Positions 53,157 through 64,000 of a DNA stretch of 64,000 bases are shown one piece after another. Made by a program: the position numbers and the translations under genes. The notes under the pieces are model-generated. The model ran no database searches. It saw nothing but the letters and a program-made list of their open reading frames with translations, and had not been told where the DNA came from. Source of the stretch: an uncultured Alteromonas sp. GTDB taxonomy: Bacteria; Pseudomonadota; Gammaproteobacteria; Enterobacterales; Alteromonadaceae. Within the stretch, counting starts at the first letter, position 1. Each line of letters starts with the position of its first letter. The stretch covers positions 2,961-66,960 of the forward strand of contig CAYVST010000003.1 of the NCBI GenBank assembly GCA_964454185.1. The letters run 5' to 3'.

Positions 53157-54020
53157 CTAGTAAGTAATACTTACCTCAACATGCGTCACTGATTCGTCCT
53201 CATTTGTCACATCAACGAGTGCCTTTGTTGGGGTTTTACAGTGTTGCAATACATGAATGTGATTAGGTAAAAACACAGGCTTTTTGAACTGACACGTAAT
53301 GTCCTTTAAATGACATGCATCCGGATTGTCTTGGTGTGCGACAAAAGCAGAAATCGCCCTAGCCAATGTCCACATACCATGCGCAATAGGCTTTTTGAAA
53401 CCAAACGCTTTCGCTGATACTCCTGATAGGTGAATAGGATTATAATCGCCAGAGATTTTAGCGTAGCGACGCCCTGTATTTGACGTAGCGTTCATTTCGT
53501 TTATCAACGTTTTCTCTTGAGTATCACACTCGGTTGAAATCTCACCACTTACCGCCCTTGGCGCAACGTGCACCGCTTTCACTTTCACTAAATAACTACT
53601 TACTGCGCGATAGACCACTTTGCCGCTTTGCCAAGCTTCTAATAGTACATCGACTTCCCAACCTCGTTGGTGTGGATGCACATCGTGAAAACGCACGCGA
53701 CATTCAAATGGTTCGCTGAAGTCACACTCATTTACCATCGTTACTTGATTAGCCGCGTGTATTAAACCTAGCAAAGGAAAAGGGCTTTGTTTATCAAGCA
53801 AACACTGCATTTGGAGCGGCAAAGACAACGTCTGCAGATAAAGTGGGTGAATAGTATTACTCGCAGGCCAATCAACTTCTTGGCAATAGGCACTGTAATG
53901 CGCATTGTCGATGAACAGTGTTCTAGTGTAGATACGTTGTGGCAGTGTTGGCGGTTTGAATTGCATTAACTGGTCTGCATCAACACGCTTAAACAACGCT
54001 TTGGTATACTCACGAAGCAT
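53157..54020 (-). CDS. MaoC/double-hotdog acyl dehydratase
   Basis: SGDYNPIH...IAHGMW hydratase motif; PFPLLGLIH. Confidence 0.88.
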   Translation of the reverse strand: MLREYTKALFKRVDADQLMQFKPPTLPQRIYTRTLFIDNAHYSAYCQEVDWPASNTIHPLYLQTLSLPLQMQCLLDKQSPFPLLGLIHAANQVTMVNECDFSEPFECRVRFHDVHPHQRGWEVDVLLEAWQSGKVVYRAVSSYLVKVKAVHVAPRAVSGEISTECDTQEKTLINEMNATSNTGRRYAKISGDYNPIHLSGVSAKAFGFKKPIAHGMWTLARAISAFVAHQDNPDACHLKDITCQFKKPVFLPNHIHVLQHCKTPTKALVDVTNEDESVTHVEVSITY

Positions 54021-54024
54021 CTAA

Positions 54025-54579
54025 TTATTTCCTTGAAGACGTTCCTTTACTTACGAAGATAACCGCACGCGCCAAGCGGCGGTAATTCGCTTCAGAACAT
54101 TCATTTTTTAATACCCAAGTGAAATGGGCATGGCCTTTGTCAATCAAGCGGCGTTTAACGCGCGCTACCTGTATGCAAATACCCCATGGATATACTTGTG
54201 AAGCAGAGTGAATTTGCATTGGCACGGTTGTGCTGCTGTCAAAGGCGGGTTGTATTTTGTCATCGGTTAACGCACCAACTACAGGTGCGTTTTCTACATC
54301 GACAACGTGAATTCTACCATTATTTGAAAGGGAAAGCGTATAGCGTCTTGGTAACACTTTGTTACTAAACGTAGCATTTTGCTTACCGCCTTTTGCGCAC
54401 TGAAACAACAAAACCGACAAAATGGCAGTGTATCCGAAAGCCACGATATGAGATGGCACCCACGTCCACAAAGCGGGAGACACGCTCATCAATGCTAGTA
54501 TTGAGCAACTCAACAATATAACGGTATTAGCAACGTATCTCAGCCCTGTTTTTTCAACGGATATTCTATACTTTGACAC
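54025..54579 (-). CDS. YgfX-like membrane protein
   Basis: Overlaps the sdhE stop; two N-terminal TM helices; C-terminal YRRLAR. Confidence 0.65.
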   Translation of the reverse strand: MSKYRISVEKTGLRYVANTVILLSCSILALMSVSPALWTWVPSHIVAFGYTAILSVLLFQCAKGGKQNATFSNKVLPRRYTLSLSNNGRIHVVDVENAPVVGALTDDKIQPAFDSSTTVPMQIHSASQVYPWGICIQVARVKRRLIDKGHAHFTWVLKNECSEANYRRLARAVIFVSKGTSSRK

Positions 54580-54817
54580 GGTTCACAATGGTAGAAACCA
54601 TCGCTGCTAGTTCTGGGTCATCACATTTTTGGTGCCCCATTATCCAAGCAAACAAATCAGGATCATCGCTGGTAAGTAACCGCTCAAATGTTTCTTGATC
54701 TTCGTAGCTTAACTCATCAAATGCTTCTTCAACAAAAGGAAGTAAGAGAACATCTAACTCTAACATGCCTCTACGGCATGCCCATTTCAATCGTGCTAGT
54801 CTTTTTGCTTCAAACAT
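54566..54817 (-). CDS. sdhE: FAD assembly factor SdhE
   Basis: WACRRGMLELD, DPDLFAW. Confidence 0.96.
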   Translation of the reverse strand: MFEAKRLARLKWACRRGMLELDVLLLPFVEEAFDELSYEDQETFERLLTSDDPDLFAWIMGHQKCDDPELAAMVSTIVNRVKV

Positions 54818-55002
54818 AATGTCTTATTATTCATTTAAATTACCTGTAAAATAATACCATGCTCGGGGTATGAGGATCACTGCTCTTTTGGTCTGATATG
54901 GATTTTCTGAACGTGTGATTGTCAAGTCGACGACTAAAAGCCTTGAATATCGCGTATTGCACCATACCTTAGAAACACACAGCGCTTTTAATGAGAAACA
55001 AC

Positions 55003-56028
55003 ATGTCGCAACTCACGTCTTTAAACAGCCTACCAGACCATTTTATTGTCCGTGTTAGTGAAACGATGATCATTTCACTTCATGGAGAGCAAGCGGATAG
55101 CTATTTGCATGGCCAGCTAACGGTCAATATTAACAGCTTAAGTCACGATATCGCTCGCCACTACGCCCATTGCGACAATAAAGGCAAAACATGGTCTGTT
55201 GGCTATGTTGCCCGTGAAGCAAACCGTATCTTGATGATAACTAATCGCTCTTCAGGCGCGCATTCTTTGGTACAGCTCAATAAGTATGGCGTGTTTTCGA
55301 AAGTGGATATAGAAGATGCAACTGACGGCTATACCACGCTTTTCATTTCTTCTGGAATTGCTCATCAGCTGCTTGCAAGCTTCTTTGAAGAGGCTAACTT
55401 TACCGAGCTATGCGCAGCAACAAATGAACAAGGGTCGCTGAAAAGTGCCACCTCAAATGCAGGATTGATCTTTAATGCAGGGCTTGAAGCTAGCGGGCTT
55501 ATTGCTGTGTTACGCAATGACGTAGCCACCTCTTTGCTGGGTTCATTGCAAGATGACGTCGCTGTATTCGCGCAACCGGTTTTTGATGCACTGCAAATAC
55601 AGAGTGTCCATGCTGCTATCGACGACAATGCTATTGCCGAATATGTCCCTCAAATGATGAATATTCAAGCGCTTGAAGGCATCGACTTTGATAAAGGCTG
55701 TTACATGGGCCAAGAAGTCGTCGCGCGAACACGATTCCTTGGCAAGAACAAGCGTGCAGCGTTCAGCTTCACGCTGCCAGAGGCTGTTGATATACCCACG
55801 GGTTCATCACTGGAAAAGCAGCTTGGCGAGAACTGGCGTATAGCTGGAAAAGTGATTAATAGCGCAACTCTTGATGAAGAAACATGGATTCTGGCTGTGC
55901 TCAACAACGACACGACAGCAGAAGATTTACATCGATTGGCTGATAAACAGGACGTGACCTGCTACCCTAATACGCTACCGTACGATATTGAGCAACAGCC
56001 TAGCAATATTGTTAAGAAGCGACGCTAA
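55003..56028 (+). CDS. ygfZ: Folate-binding Fe-S/tRNA-modification protein YgfZ
   Basis: KGCYMGQEVVAR signature; start 54991 or 55003. Confidence 0.93.
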   Translation: MSQLTSLNSLPDHFIVRVSETMIISLHGEQADSYLHGQLTVNINSLSHDIARHYAHCDNKGKTWSVGYVAREANRILMITNRSSGAHSLVQLNKYGVFSKVDIEDATDGYTTLFISSGIAHQLLASFFEEANFTELCAATNEQGSLKSATSNAGLIFNAGLEASGLIAVLRNDVATSLLGSLQDDVAVFAQPVFDALQIQSVHAAIDDNAIAEYVPQMMNIQALEGIDFDKGCYMGQEVVARTRFLGKNKRAAFSFTLPEAVDIPTGSSLEKQLGENWRIAGKVINSATLDEETWILAVLNNDTTAEDLHRLADKQDVTCYPNTLPYDIEQQPSNIVKKRR

Positions 56029-56080
56029 TCGCAATTTATTTGTTTTAACGCCCGGCTTAAGGGCCTAACTAGGAATTGAT

Positions 56081-56593
56081 ATGACAATTACCTCTGACAG
56101 CGTTGTAACGCTGCACTACACAGTGTCAACCGAAGACGGCACAACGTTAGATTCATCGGAAGGAAAATCTCCTCTTGTAGTGTTGCTGGGGCGCCGCTTT
56201 CTAATTGAAGGGCTAGAAGATGCGTTAATTGGAAAAGCCAAAGACGATAGCTTTAACGTGTCTGTTGAACCTGAAAAAGCCTACGGTGAGCGAGCCGATG
56301 AGCTTGTGCAAACCGTACCTCGTTCAATGTTCGAAGGCATGGACGTGGAAGTTGGCATGTCATTTAGAGCAACCACGCCTCAAGGCGAACAGTCGGTCAT
56401 TATTATTGAGACAACTGAAGAAGACGTGGTCGTAGATGGTAACCATCCACTAGCAGGCATACCGCTTACGTTTGATGTTAATGTAATCGACGTACGAGAA
56501 GCGACTGCGGCGGAGCTGGAACAAGGCCAAGCGATTCAAGAATCAAGCTGTTGTGACCCAGACACGGGTGAATGTTCACAAGACAAACATTAG
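56081..56593 (+). CDS. slyD: FKBP-type PPIase SlyD
   Basis: LIEGLE, PEKAYG, VDGNHPLAG, VREAT. Confidence 0.9.
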   Translation: MTITSDSVVTLHYTVSTEDGTTLDSSEGKSPLVVLLGRRFLIEGLEDALIGKAKDDSFNVSVEPEKAYGERADELVQTVPRSMFEGMDVEVGMSFRATTPQGEQSVIIIETTEEDVVVDGNHPLAGIPLTFDVNVIDVREATAAELEQGQAIQESSCCDPDTGECSQDKH

Positions 56594-56608
56594 TCTTTTG
56601 TGCTATTT

Positions 56609-56636
56609 AAAAAAGGGAGCAGATGCTCCCTTTTTT
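56609..56636. terminator. Bidirectional terminator between slyD and glnB
   Basis: AAAAAAGGGAGCA-GA-TGCTCCCTTTTTT. Confidence 0.88.
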
Positions 56637-56640
56637 GTTA

Positions 56641-57821
<1,181 letters not shown>

Positions 57822-58022
57822 AATTTCCACGTAATGTTGAGGCGTCCTGGATATTGAGTTTACGATAATACACAATGAGATGTTAGTGTTATTATTTTGT
57901 CGTAATGCGCTTTAGCACCTTGTGTATAATCGCTTATGCGCTAACGCGTTAATACATACCTTAGTCGTACAGAAATAGTTTACCCTAATATAAGTCCGGA
58001 TTTTAAGAAACTTAAGTAAAGC

Positions 58023-58607
58023 ATGACATCCCGCATAAAATTACAGGCACCGATCATATCGGTGAAACACCAAAAAGGCCTGACGCTACTTGAAATGCTA
58101 GTGGCGGTGTCAATCTTGGCTATCGTGCTTACATCCGTCGCACCTAACATTCAAAGTATTCTTGTTAAGAACAAAATAACGTCTGACCTCAATAACTTAA
58201 GTGCTATTGCTCAACACGCAAGGTTTACCGCCGTAGACGAGCAAACTTCAGTGGTATTGTGCCCCACAGAGAACTACTCCACATGCTCTAGTGATTGGAA
58301 AAGCGCAAAAATGGTTTTTATTGACGCAAATACCAATGACAAACGCGATGATTCAGAAGCACTTATCGTAACAAGCGACCCACTCAACGCGGCTAACATC
58401 ATTTACGGTATCAGCGGTCCTATTGTGTTTAATGAACAAGGTGGTATTGATACCGCTGGCACCATAACGTTATGCCCTAAAACCAATGAAAATACGTATG
58501 CTTCAGCCCTTCTTCTTTCCCTATATGGCCGCATATCCGTCGCAGTAGATAGCGATGGTAATGGAGTTAAAGAGGACTTGAGTGGTACGGATTTAAGCTG
58601 TAGCTAA
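58023..58607 (+). CDS. FimT/GspH-family minor pilin
   Basis: Prepilin site KG|LTLLE, VVLCP, ITLCP. Confidence 0.88.
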   Translation: MTSRIKLQAPIISVKHQKGLTLLEMLVAVSILAIVLTSVAPNIQSILVKNKITSDLNNLSAIAQHARFTAVDEQTSVVLCPTENYSTCSSDWKSAKMVFIDANTNDKRDDSEALIVTSDPLNAANIIYGISGPIVFNEQGGIDTAGTITLCPKTNENTYASALLLSLYGRISVAVDSDGNGVKEDLSGTDLSCS

Positions 58608-58981
58608 CAAGACTGTGGCGATATTCCCAACTCGCTCAGCGTGCGGGCTTTACAGCTATTGCCTTTGCTTAACCACAAAATGTTTACTGTAATTTTGTAG
58701 TGACTCGATGATAGGTTGTTCTGAACTACCGATACGCCTTCAAGTTTAAGCGCGGGTAGCTCAGAAAGCGGCAGGTACATGCCAGTAAGTAACCAATGCC
58801 GTGTTTGAATAGCCTGAATTTGCAATAAATAACTCGATATTTTTAACATATCCACCTGCTGACGTGTTGCAACAATGTTCACCGTCAGGGCTCGCGCAAT
58901 AAGACCGACAACAACCAAAACACACAACATTTCTAATAGGGTTATTCCCTTTTGCCGCTTACCGTTCGTCCATGAAATCAA
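58604..58981 (-). CDS. PilE-like minor pilin (divergent)
   Basis: Prepilin site KG|ITLLE; C-terminal Cys pair. Confidence 0.7.
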   Translation of the reverse strand: MISWTNGKRQKGITLLEMLCVLVVVGLIARALTVNIVATRQQVDMLKISSYLLQIQAIQTRHWLLTGMYLPLSELPALKLEGVSVVQNNLSSSHYKITVNILWLSKGNSCKARTLSELGISPQSC

Positions 58982-59071
58982 ATTCCCCTCCTCAGTACAG
59001 CTTTATTTGCTTTTGTTTACCAGTACATTGACGCTACCAATTAATCAAACAAGCGTGAACCGAACCTGCGT

Positions 59072-59656
59072 ATGGTTTTTATCGACAAAAAAAATTTCCC
59101 ACAAAGCAACGTTTGGCGTGTGAGTAAATATGGCATTAATAGGCGAGGATATAGCATCTTAGAGCTCATGGTTGTTATTGCGCTTGTTAGTATTATTAGC
59201 GCGCTATCCATTCCATCGTTTCTCCAATGGCGGCAAGAAACCGAGCTTAAGCATGTTCTACGCACTGTTGCTGAGATGGCTCACAATGCAAGGGTTTATG
59301 CGATGACGTCGAATACCCCCACGCATTTGTATATTGGCATGCAGGACAACAGCTGTGTCCTTGTGAGTACGGATAAGAATTGTAGTTGCATCACCTCAGC
59401 TAATTGTCATATTGAAGGAACGTCATGGAAGGCGAATTTCGGCGGCCTGACAACTGCCATTTCTCACAGTAATGTCACAAAAAAAGAGTTAAAAAAACAC
59501 AGCATCACATTCTCTCCGCTTGGCACGACGCATTTTGGCAGTAATACGAGGCTACGTGTTAGCAATGCAACATTAAGCGCGACCATTACCTTTAGCATTT
59601 TAGGTCGAGTAAAAACCTGTACCGCTACCTCCATGACAGGTTTTGCAACATGCTAA
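59072..59656 (+). CDS. FimT/PpdA-like minor pilin
   Basis: RG|YSILE, Cys cluster, GRVKTC; start uncertain. Confidence 0.78.
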   Translation: MVFIDKKNFPQSNVWRVSKYGINRRGYSILELMVVIALVSIISALSIPSFLQWRQETELKHVLRTVAEMAHNARVYAMTSNTPTHLYIGMQDNSCVLVSTDKNCSCITSANCHIEGTSWKANFGGLTTAISHSNVTKKELKKHSITFSPLGTTHFGSNTRLRVSNATLSATITFSILGRVKTCTATSMTGFATC

Positions 59657-60246
59657 GTTTTCGCGGTTTTACCCTTGTTGAGCTTTTAATAGCAACCGCA
59701 ATAAGTTCGCTCGTCCTTTCTTTCAGTGCAAGTCATATTGCCTACCTTTATCAATCACATCAGCAACTTAACAGGCATATAGCATTGAGAGATGAAATGC
59801 GTACCCTGCAGCGACTCCTTGAAACCCAACTGCAGCAAGCAGATTTTATAATGAGAGCGCCATCAACCGTGCCTAGTTCAAAGGTTACATTGAGCTCAAT
59901 AACCATTAGTCAGTTTGACGATGAGCCACTCGACAGCTGCATTACGTTTACAACTGATAAAGACCGAAGTGGAGATATACCGCTATCGAGCAACGAACTG
60001 GTCGGTTTTCGATTACGTGACAACGCGCTTGAGCAAAGCGTCTCGGGCGCGCGTTGCAATAGCAAAGGGTGGCATGACATCACCGATGCCAGAACAACAC
60101 TAATCGCTGGTTTCAGAATTACACATCAGTTAACAACGCCTTTAGGCAGCATGTACCTAATTGCACTCAATGCGTCGTCAAGGCAAGACCAGAACATCAC
60201 CTACAGCTTGCATTTCACCGTTCATGTCCCGAATGCACGAGACTAG
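59650..60246 (+). CDS. PilW/PpdB-like minor pilin
   Basis: RG|FTLVE; SCITF...GFRLRD...C..GW is PpdB-like. Confidence 0.8.
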   Translation: MLSFRGFTLVELLIATAISSLVLSFSASHIAYLYQSHQQLNRHIALRDEMRTLQRLLETQLQQADFIMRAPSTVPSSKVTLSSITISQFDDEPLDSCITFTTDKDRSGDIPLSSNELVGFRLRDNALEQSVSGARCNSKGWHDITDARTTLIAGFRITHQLTTPLGSMYLIALNASSRQDQNITYSLHFTVHVPNARD

Positions 60247-60303
60247 GTTCAGACTGAATACGCCATGTGCCTGAATATGTGCATAACCAAAGACTAAGAA
60301 AAC

Positions 60304-61203
60304 ATGAAAAAACATAATCAAAGACCGGTGAGGCAATGCGTAAGCCCATTGAAAACAAAGCAATATGGCATGGTGGTGTTGTCGATGGTTATTATACTCT
60401 TGATGGTGGCAGTAATGCAGGTGTCGTTTACCATGCGCAGTGTTTTACAGTACGACAAAATGACACGCGCGATTTCCTCAACCTTAGACATCGAATCAAG
60501 CGTGCTTCAAACACTAAGCGCTATAGGCCATCAGCTGCGAACGAAGAACGTTGATGAAATAGACATTGAAAATAGCAACGTCACATATACTATTCAGTCG
60601 CTATCGCTTGCGGGAGAGAAACAACAGCATCTTACACAATATACTGTCGCGGTAACCTCAACACTCCAGCCGATAACCTATACGGAACAGTTTCTTCGTT
60701 ACCCTGCGCTTATTAACGTCCCCCCAACTGGGCAGGCAATATCCCACGTAGAAAACACAAGCTATCAACTATTTAATAGAGCATTAAGCGAGTTTACACC
60801 TGCGTATTTCCCTCAAATTACTGAGCAAGAAAACTGTGAAAATCTGAATAAGTCACGTGTTTATTGGGTTACTGGGAATTGTGAAATAACGAAAGAAGCC
60901 GTAAAAAGCCACTCAGCAACTACTCCGCTTTTGGTGATCGTAAGAAACGGAGACATTACTCTTTCAGACAACGTTAGCTTTTATGGAGTCATCATTCATT
61001 TGTCAGACACAATGATGCCTTATTCACTTGCCATTACAAAAAGCGCCACTTTACATGGTGCATTAGTGAGCAACACGCAACTAAATGAAACGATACTCGG
61101 CAACGCTAGCTACCGCACAGACATAATAAGTGCGCTGCAACAACAGCCGTCAGTGCAGAAAATTATTCCAATACCGGGGAGTTGGTATGCTAGCCACCCA
61201 TAA
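60304..61203 (+). CDS. PilX-like minor pilin
   Basis: YG|MVVLS (no Glu5, as in PilX/GspK), hydrophobic helix, C-terminal PIPGSW. Confidence 0.68.
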   Translation: MKKHNQRPVRQCVSPLKTKQYGMVVLSMVIILLMVAVMQVSFTMRSVLQYDKMTRAISSTLDIESSVLQTLSAIGHQLRTKNVDEIDIENSNVTYTIQSLSLAGEKQQHLTQYTVAVTSTLQPITYTEQFLRYPALINVPPTGQAISHVENTSYQLFNRALSEFTPAYFPQITEQENCENLNKSRVYWVTGNCEITKEAVKSHSATTPLLVIVRNGDITLSDNVSFYGVIIHLSDTMMPYSLAITKSATLHGALVSNTQLNETILGNASYRTDIISALQQQPSVQKIIPIPGSWYASHP

Positions 61204-61474
61204 AATGAATTCATGCCATGGTGCAGCGCTGGTTGAAGTACTCATTGCTTCAGTCTTCTTCGTTAGCACTGCGGCGTTTATTTTGCAAAGCCATACGCAG
61301 ACGCAATTGTTGTTTCACTCGCTTAAGCGCAAAGAAATAGCGTATCAAGAACATACGGATAAAAAGAACAACTTATTGGTTAATGCCAACTATGAACAGC
61401 ACTGGCAAGATATAAACCGGTTTGGAGAAATAGTAGTAAAACCAGCACCTAGCACCAGTTTTACTACCAAATGA
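61187..61474 (+). CDS. PilV/PpdC-like minor pilin
   Basis: HG|AALVE followed by a hydrophobic helix; start probably 61187. Confidence 0.6.
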   Translation: MLATHKMNSCHGAALVEVLIASVFFVSTAAFILQSHTQTQLLFHSLKRKEIAYQEHTDKKNNLLVNANYEQHWQDINRFGEIVVKPAPSTSFTTK

Positions 61475-61493
61475 AGAGTTTAACTACGTAGAA

Positions 61494-61955
61494 TCAGCAC
61501 GACCAACAATATTCGGAAGACTCTAGGCTGCCATTGTTGTTCTGGTCCCACCCTTTGCGTCCATCGCTGAAATAAAACAAGGCGCCATCCGAGGCTTGTG
61601 TAGAGCCACTCACTGGCGTTGCTTTTAGCTGATAGGTATTCGCACCAGAAGCCACGATCGTCAGGTCGTATCGTTTATTGCTTTCAGGTTCTGACGAAGG
61701 AGAATGCGATGTAAAAATTGCAGGTTCACCGGTATTGCTGCCGCCGCTCCCGGCTCCTTCATAGCTAAATGCGCCACTATGATGGCGCTCCATTGCCGCC
61801 GCAAATGCCAGTAGATCTGCTTGACCTGTTCCGCGATATCCATCAGCAACCACGCCCTGATAAGATGGGTACGCAATCGCTGCTATGATGCCAACAATTG
61901 TTACTACAATCATAAGCTCTATCAGCGAAAAACCTGCGTGTCGTTTACCCTTCAT
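61494..61955 (-). CDS. pilE: Type IV minor pilin PilE
   Basis: AG|FSLIELMIVV, AYPSY; directly downstream of pilY1. Confidence 0.9.
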   Translation of the reverse strand: MKGKRHAGFSLIELMIVVTIVGIIAAIAYPSYQGVVADGYRGTGQADLLAFAAAMERHHSGAFSYEGAGSGGSNTGEPAIFTSHSPSSEPESNKRYDLTIVASGANTYQLKATPVSGSTQASDGALFYFSDGRKGWDQNNNGSLESSEYCWSC

Positions 61956-61960
61956 AACAT

Positions 61961-64000
61961 TTACTCTCTCTCTGTTTCAGAATGCCAACTACCGCGTTGG
62001 ATGCGCTCAAACCTACCATAGATATTCTCCGCTAAGCATTCAAACGCGGATATGCAGTCTTCGTTATTCCCGTCTTCATCAACCTCAATTACTGCTGATA
62101 CGCACTCGGTACCCAAGCACACAACAGGACTAACAATGTCTTCAATAAGTATTTTAGTCTCTGGTGCAATACCAGTCTGTTTAAGCTCAGCAACACGGTC
62201 TCCATCATCAAGAACACCATTGTTATTGAGGTCAGTTACCGCATTACCATTAAACAAACTCACCAGATAAGCGCGACTGTTTCCTGTGGGCGGAGCACAC
62301 GCGCTGGTGCTGCTTGATGCCGGCACATAAGTTGTGAAAAATACTTTGTAGTCCAAAATAAGCGGTGATGACAACACTTTTTCACCGTTAGTTGTCAAAT
62401 TGAGGTACCAACCTGCTTTATTGGCAAAGGTCGATGAGGCTAAGTCGCGCTCGGTATCGTCGCCGCTGGTCAACGCATGGCTCGTTGCATCGAACATATC
62501 GCTCTCATACACCGTAGACATAAACGTGTATTCGTTATCAGTTGTTCGTTGAAATACACCGCTATCTTTCAGCATATAGAAGTTATCGTTTACCAAGGTA
62601 TCAAGGGGAGATGCTCGCCAACCACTGCCAAGCGCAACACCATAGTAAAGTTCGTCACCTAACGCGATTTCAGTTACATCAGGGCCATAATAGAAGCGAC
62701 GGTTAGTCTCTTCAGTATCACCGCCAAAATCAGCAAGCCTTGCTCCTTTGATAAAGTCTGTGCCCGATTTACCGTTATAAATATCCAACCTGAAAAGCTG
62801 ACCGCCTGTATCAGCCACATACATATGATCGGCAAAGCCGTCGTTGTCTCGATCAATGACTGAGATCCTTGCTGGAATACTATAAGTCATATGTTCCAGA
62901 TTTAGATTTGCGTCTGCGTTACTCGCATGCCAAAGCAAGCTGCCGGTGTCTGCATCGAACATAAATACTGCGTTGCCAATTCCGTCGTTAGCCCGCACTT
63001 TGCGTTCATCCTGCGCATCATCGTAACCACCGCCGACAATCATAACGTTTTTAACCTGGTCTCCCATGCGTACCTTGGTAATGGTTGGGCGAGACCAAGT
63101 TTGTCCCAACTTGGCTAGCTCACCCGCGCCGCCTTCGATTTTAAATTTCAATGTCGGCGCCGTTTTATTTGTCACATCAAATACATAGTAGTTTTGCCCG
63201 CCTCTTCGCATACCAACATACAAATAAAGTTTGTCCTCTACCGTGCGAAGAATGAGGTCACCGTCAATGCCGTATTTATGCTCAAAAGACGATGCATCTT
63301 TGTAGAAATGATGAAGGTTTTGAAGCAGCGTTTTAGGCATGATAGCAAAGTTCTCTTCACCAGTTTCAGTATCAAAAGAATGCAGCATTCCCTGGTTTGT
63401 AGCGACAAAAATGGCCGAGTCGTTTACCCCATAGTTCACGATGATTGGTTGCGAGTGAATAGGATCGCCCATCTGGGGGCGATAGTCAGATGTACTTCCA
63501 TCACCATTGGCATCTTTAACGTCAACACCACGTGCCCACTTCAATACTGCATCTCTTAGCGCTTCGGCATCAGTTTCTGCTTCTAAGCCTAAATCGCCTA
63601 TGGTTATGCTACTATTGTCTTCATGAAGCGCGTTTGAAGTGCGAACAATACTACCCGCATCATCAAATACATAGATATTGCGATTGCCACCTAACTTGCT
63701 GGCAGCGCCCCCTTCACTGACTTCACTGCCATCGGCCAATGTAGACCAATAACTGTGTGAATTTTCAGCGAAGAAGCCTGTCACGCTATCAACCGCATCC
63801 GCGCTATTTTTGTCTAAAATTTTATTGCCGTTCAGGCGATAGCGTTTTAAGTTCCCAGGCCAAATTGCCCCTTCGCTAGGCTTGAATAATGCGAAATACA
63901 ATTCATCACGGTGGGTCAACCTATTTAGTTGGTTTACTGCAACACCGGGAGAAACAAATGTGGCATTAATGTCCTTCACTGAACGTAGAATGGTATTAAA
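61961..64000 (-). CDS. pilY1: Type IV pilus adhesin PilY1/PilC, 5'-truncated by the window
   Basis: Frame is open to the window end; GDPIHSQP, GMRRGG, GQTWSRP, GGGYD, Ca-loop DRDNDGFAD. Confidence 0.9.
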   Translation of the reverse strand, partial: FNTILRSVKDINATFVSPGVAVNQLNRLTHRDELYFALFKPSEGAIWPGNLKRYRLNGNKILDKNSADAVDSVTGFFAENSHSYWSTLADGSEVSEGGAASKLGGNRNIYVFDDAGSIVRTSNALHEDNSSITIGDLGLEAETDAEALRDAVLKWARGVDVKDANGDGSTSDYRPQMGDPIHSQPIIVNYGVNDSAIFVATNQGMLHSFDTETGEENFAIMPKTLLQNLHHFYKDASSFEHKYGIDGDLILRTVEDKLYLYVGMRRGGQNYYVFDVTNKTAPTLKFKIEGGAGELAKLGQTWSRPTITKVRMGDQVKNVMIVGGGYDDAQDERKVRANDGIGNAVFMFDADTGSLLWHASNADANLNLEHMTYSIPARISVIDRDNDGFADHMYVADTGGQLFRLDIYNGKSGTDFIKGARLADFGGDTEETNRRFYYGPDVTEIALGDELYYGVALGSGWRASPLDTLVNDNFYMLKDSGVFQRTTDNEYTFMSTVYESDMFDATSHALTSGDDTERDLASSTFANKAGWYLNLTTNGEKVLSSPLILDYKVFFTTYVPASSSTSACAPPTGNSRAYLVSLFNGNAVTDLNNNGVLDDGDRVAELKQTGIAPETKILIEDIVSPVVCLGTECVSAVIEVDEDGNNEDCISAFECLAENIYGRFERIQRGSWHSETERE

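Overview
Mostly core chromosome of a marine gammaproteobacterium, probably Alteromonas or a close relative (inferred from gene content and synteny). From left to right: alternating PEP-CTERM surface proteins and ~930-aa PrsT-like TPR proteins; clpB-pgeF-rluD and bamD; a singlet-oxygen sigmaE-ChrR module divergent from a SnoaL-SDR-FAD oxidoreductase-DUF1365-cfa (furan fatty acid-type) operon; pomAB; xseB-ispA-dxs; nrdR-rib-nusB-thiL-pgpA; glyA; a stand-alone lpxD; ettA; two PilZ genes around radA; serB; tatD; pdxH; era-rnc-lepB-lepA; rpoE-rseABC; nadB; sdhE/ygfZ; slyD; nadE-glnB; and two adjacent type IV minor-pilin sets ending in a partial pilY1. I saw no rRNA, tRNA, CRISPR array, prophage or transposase. 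Best candidates for follow-up: a ~135-bp branched palindromic element with CsrA-type GGA hairpins inside the rib operon, the PEP-CTERM/PrsT pairing with a full sigma54/IHF/enhancer promoter, and a long hairpin in the glyA leader. All product calls come from motif recognition and synteny, not database searches.
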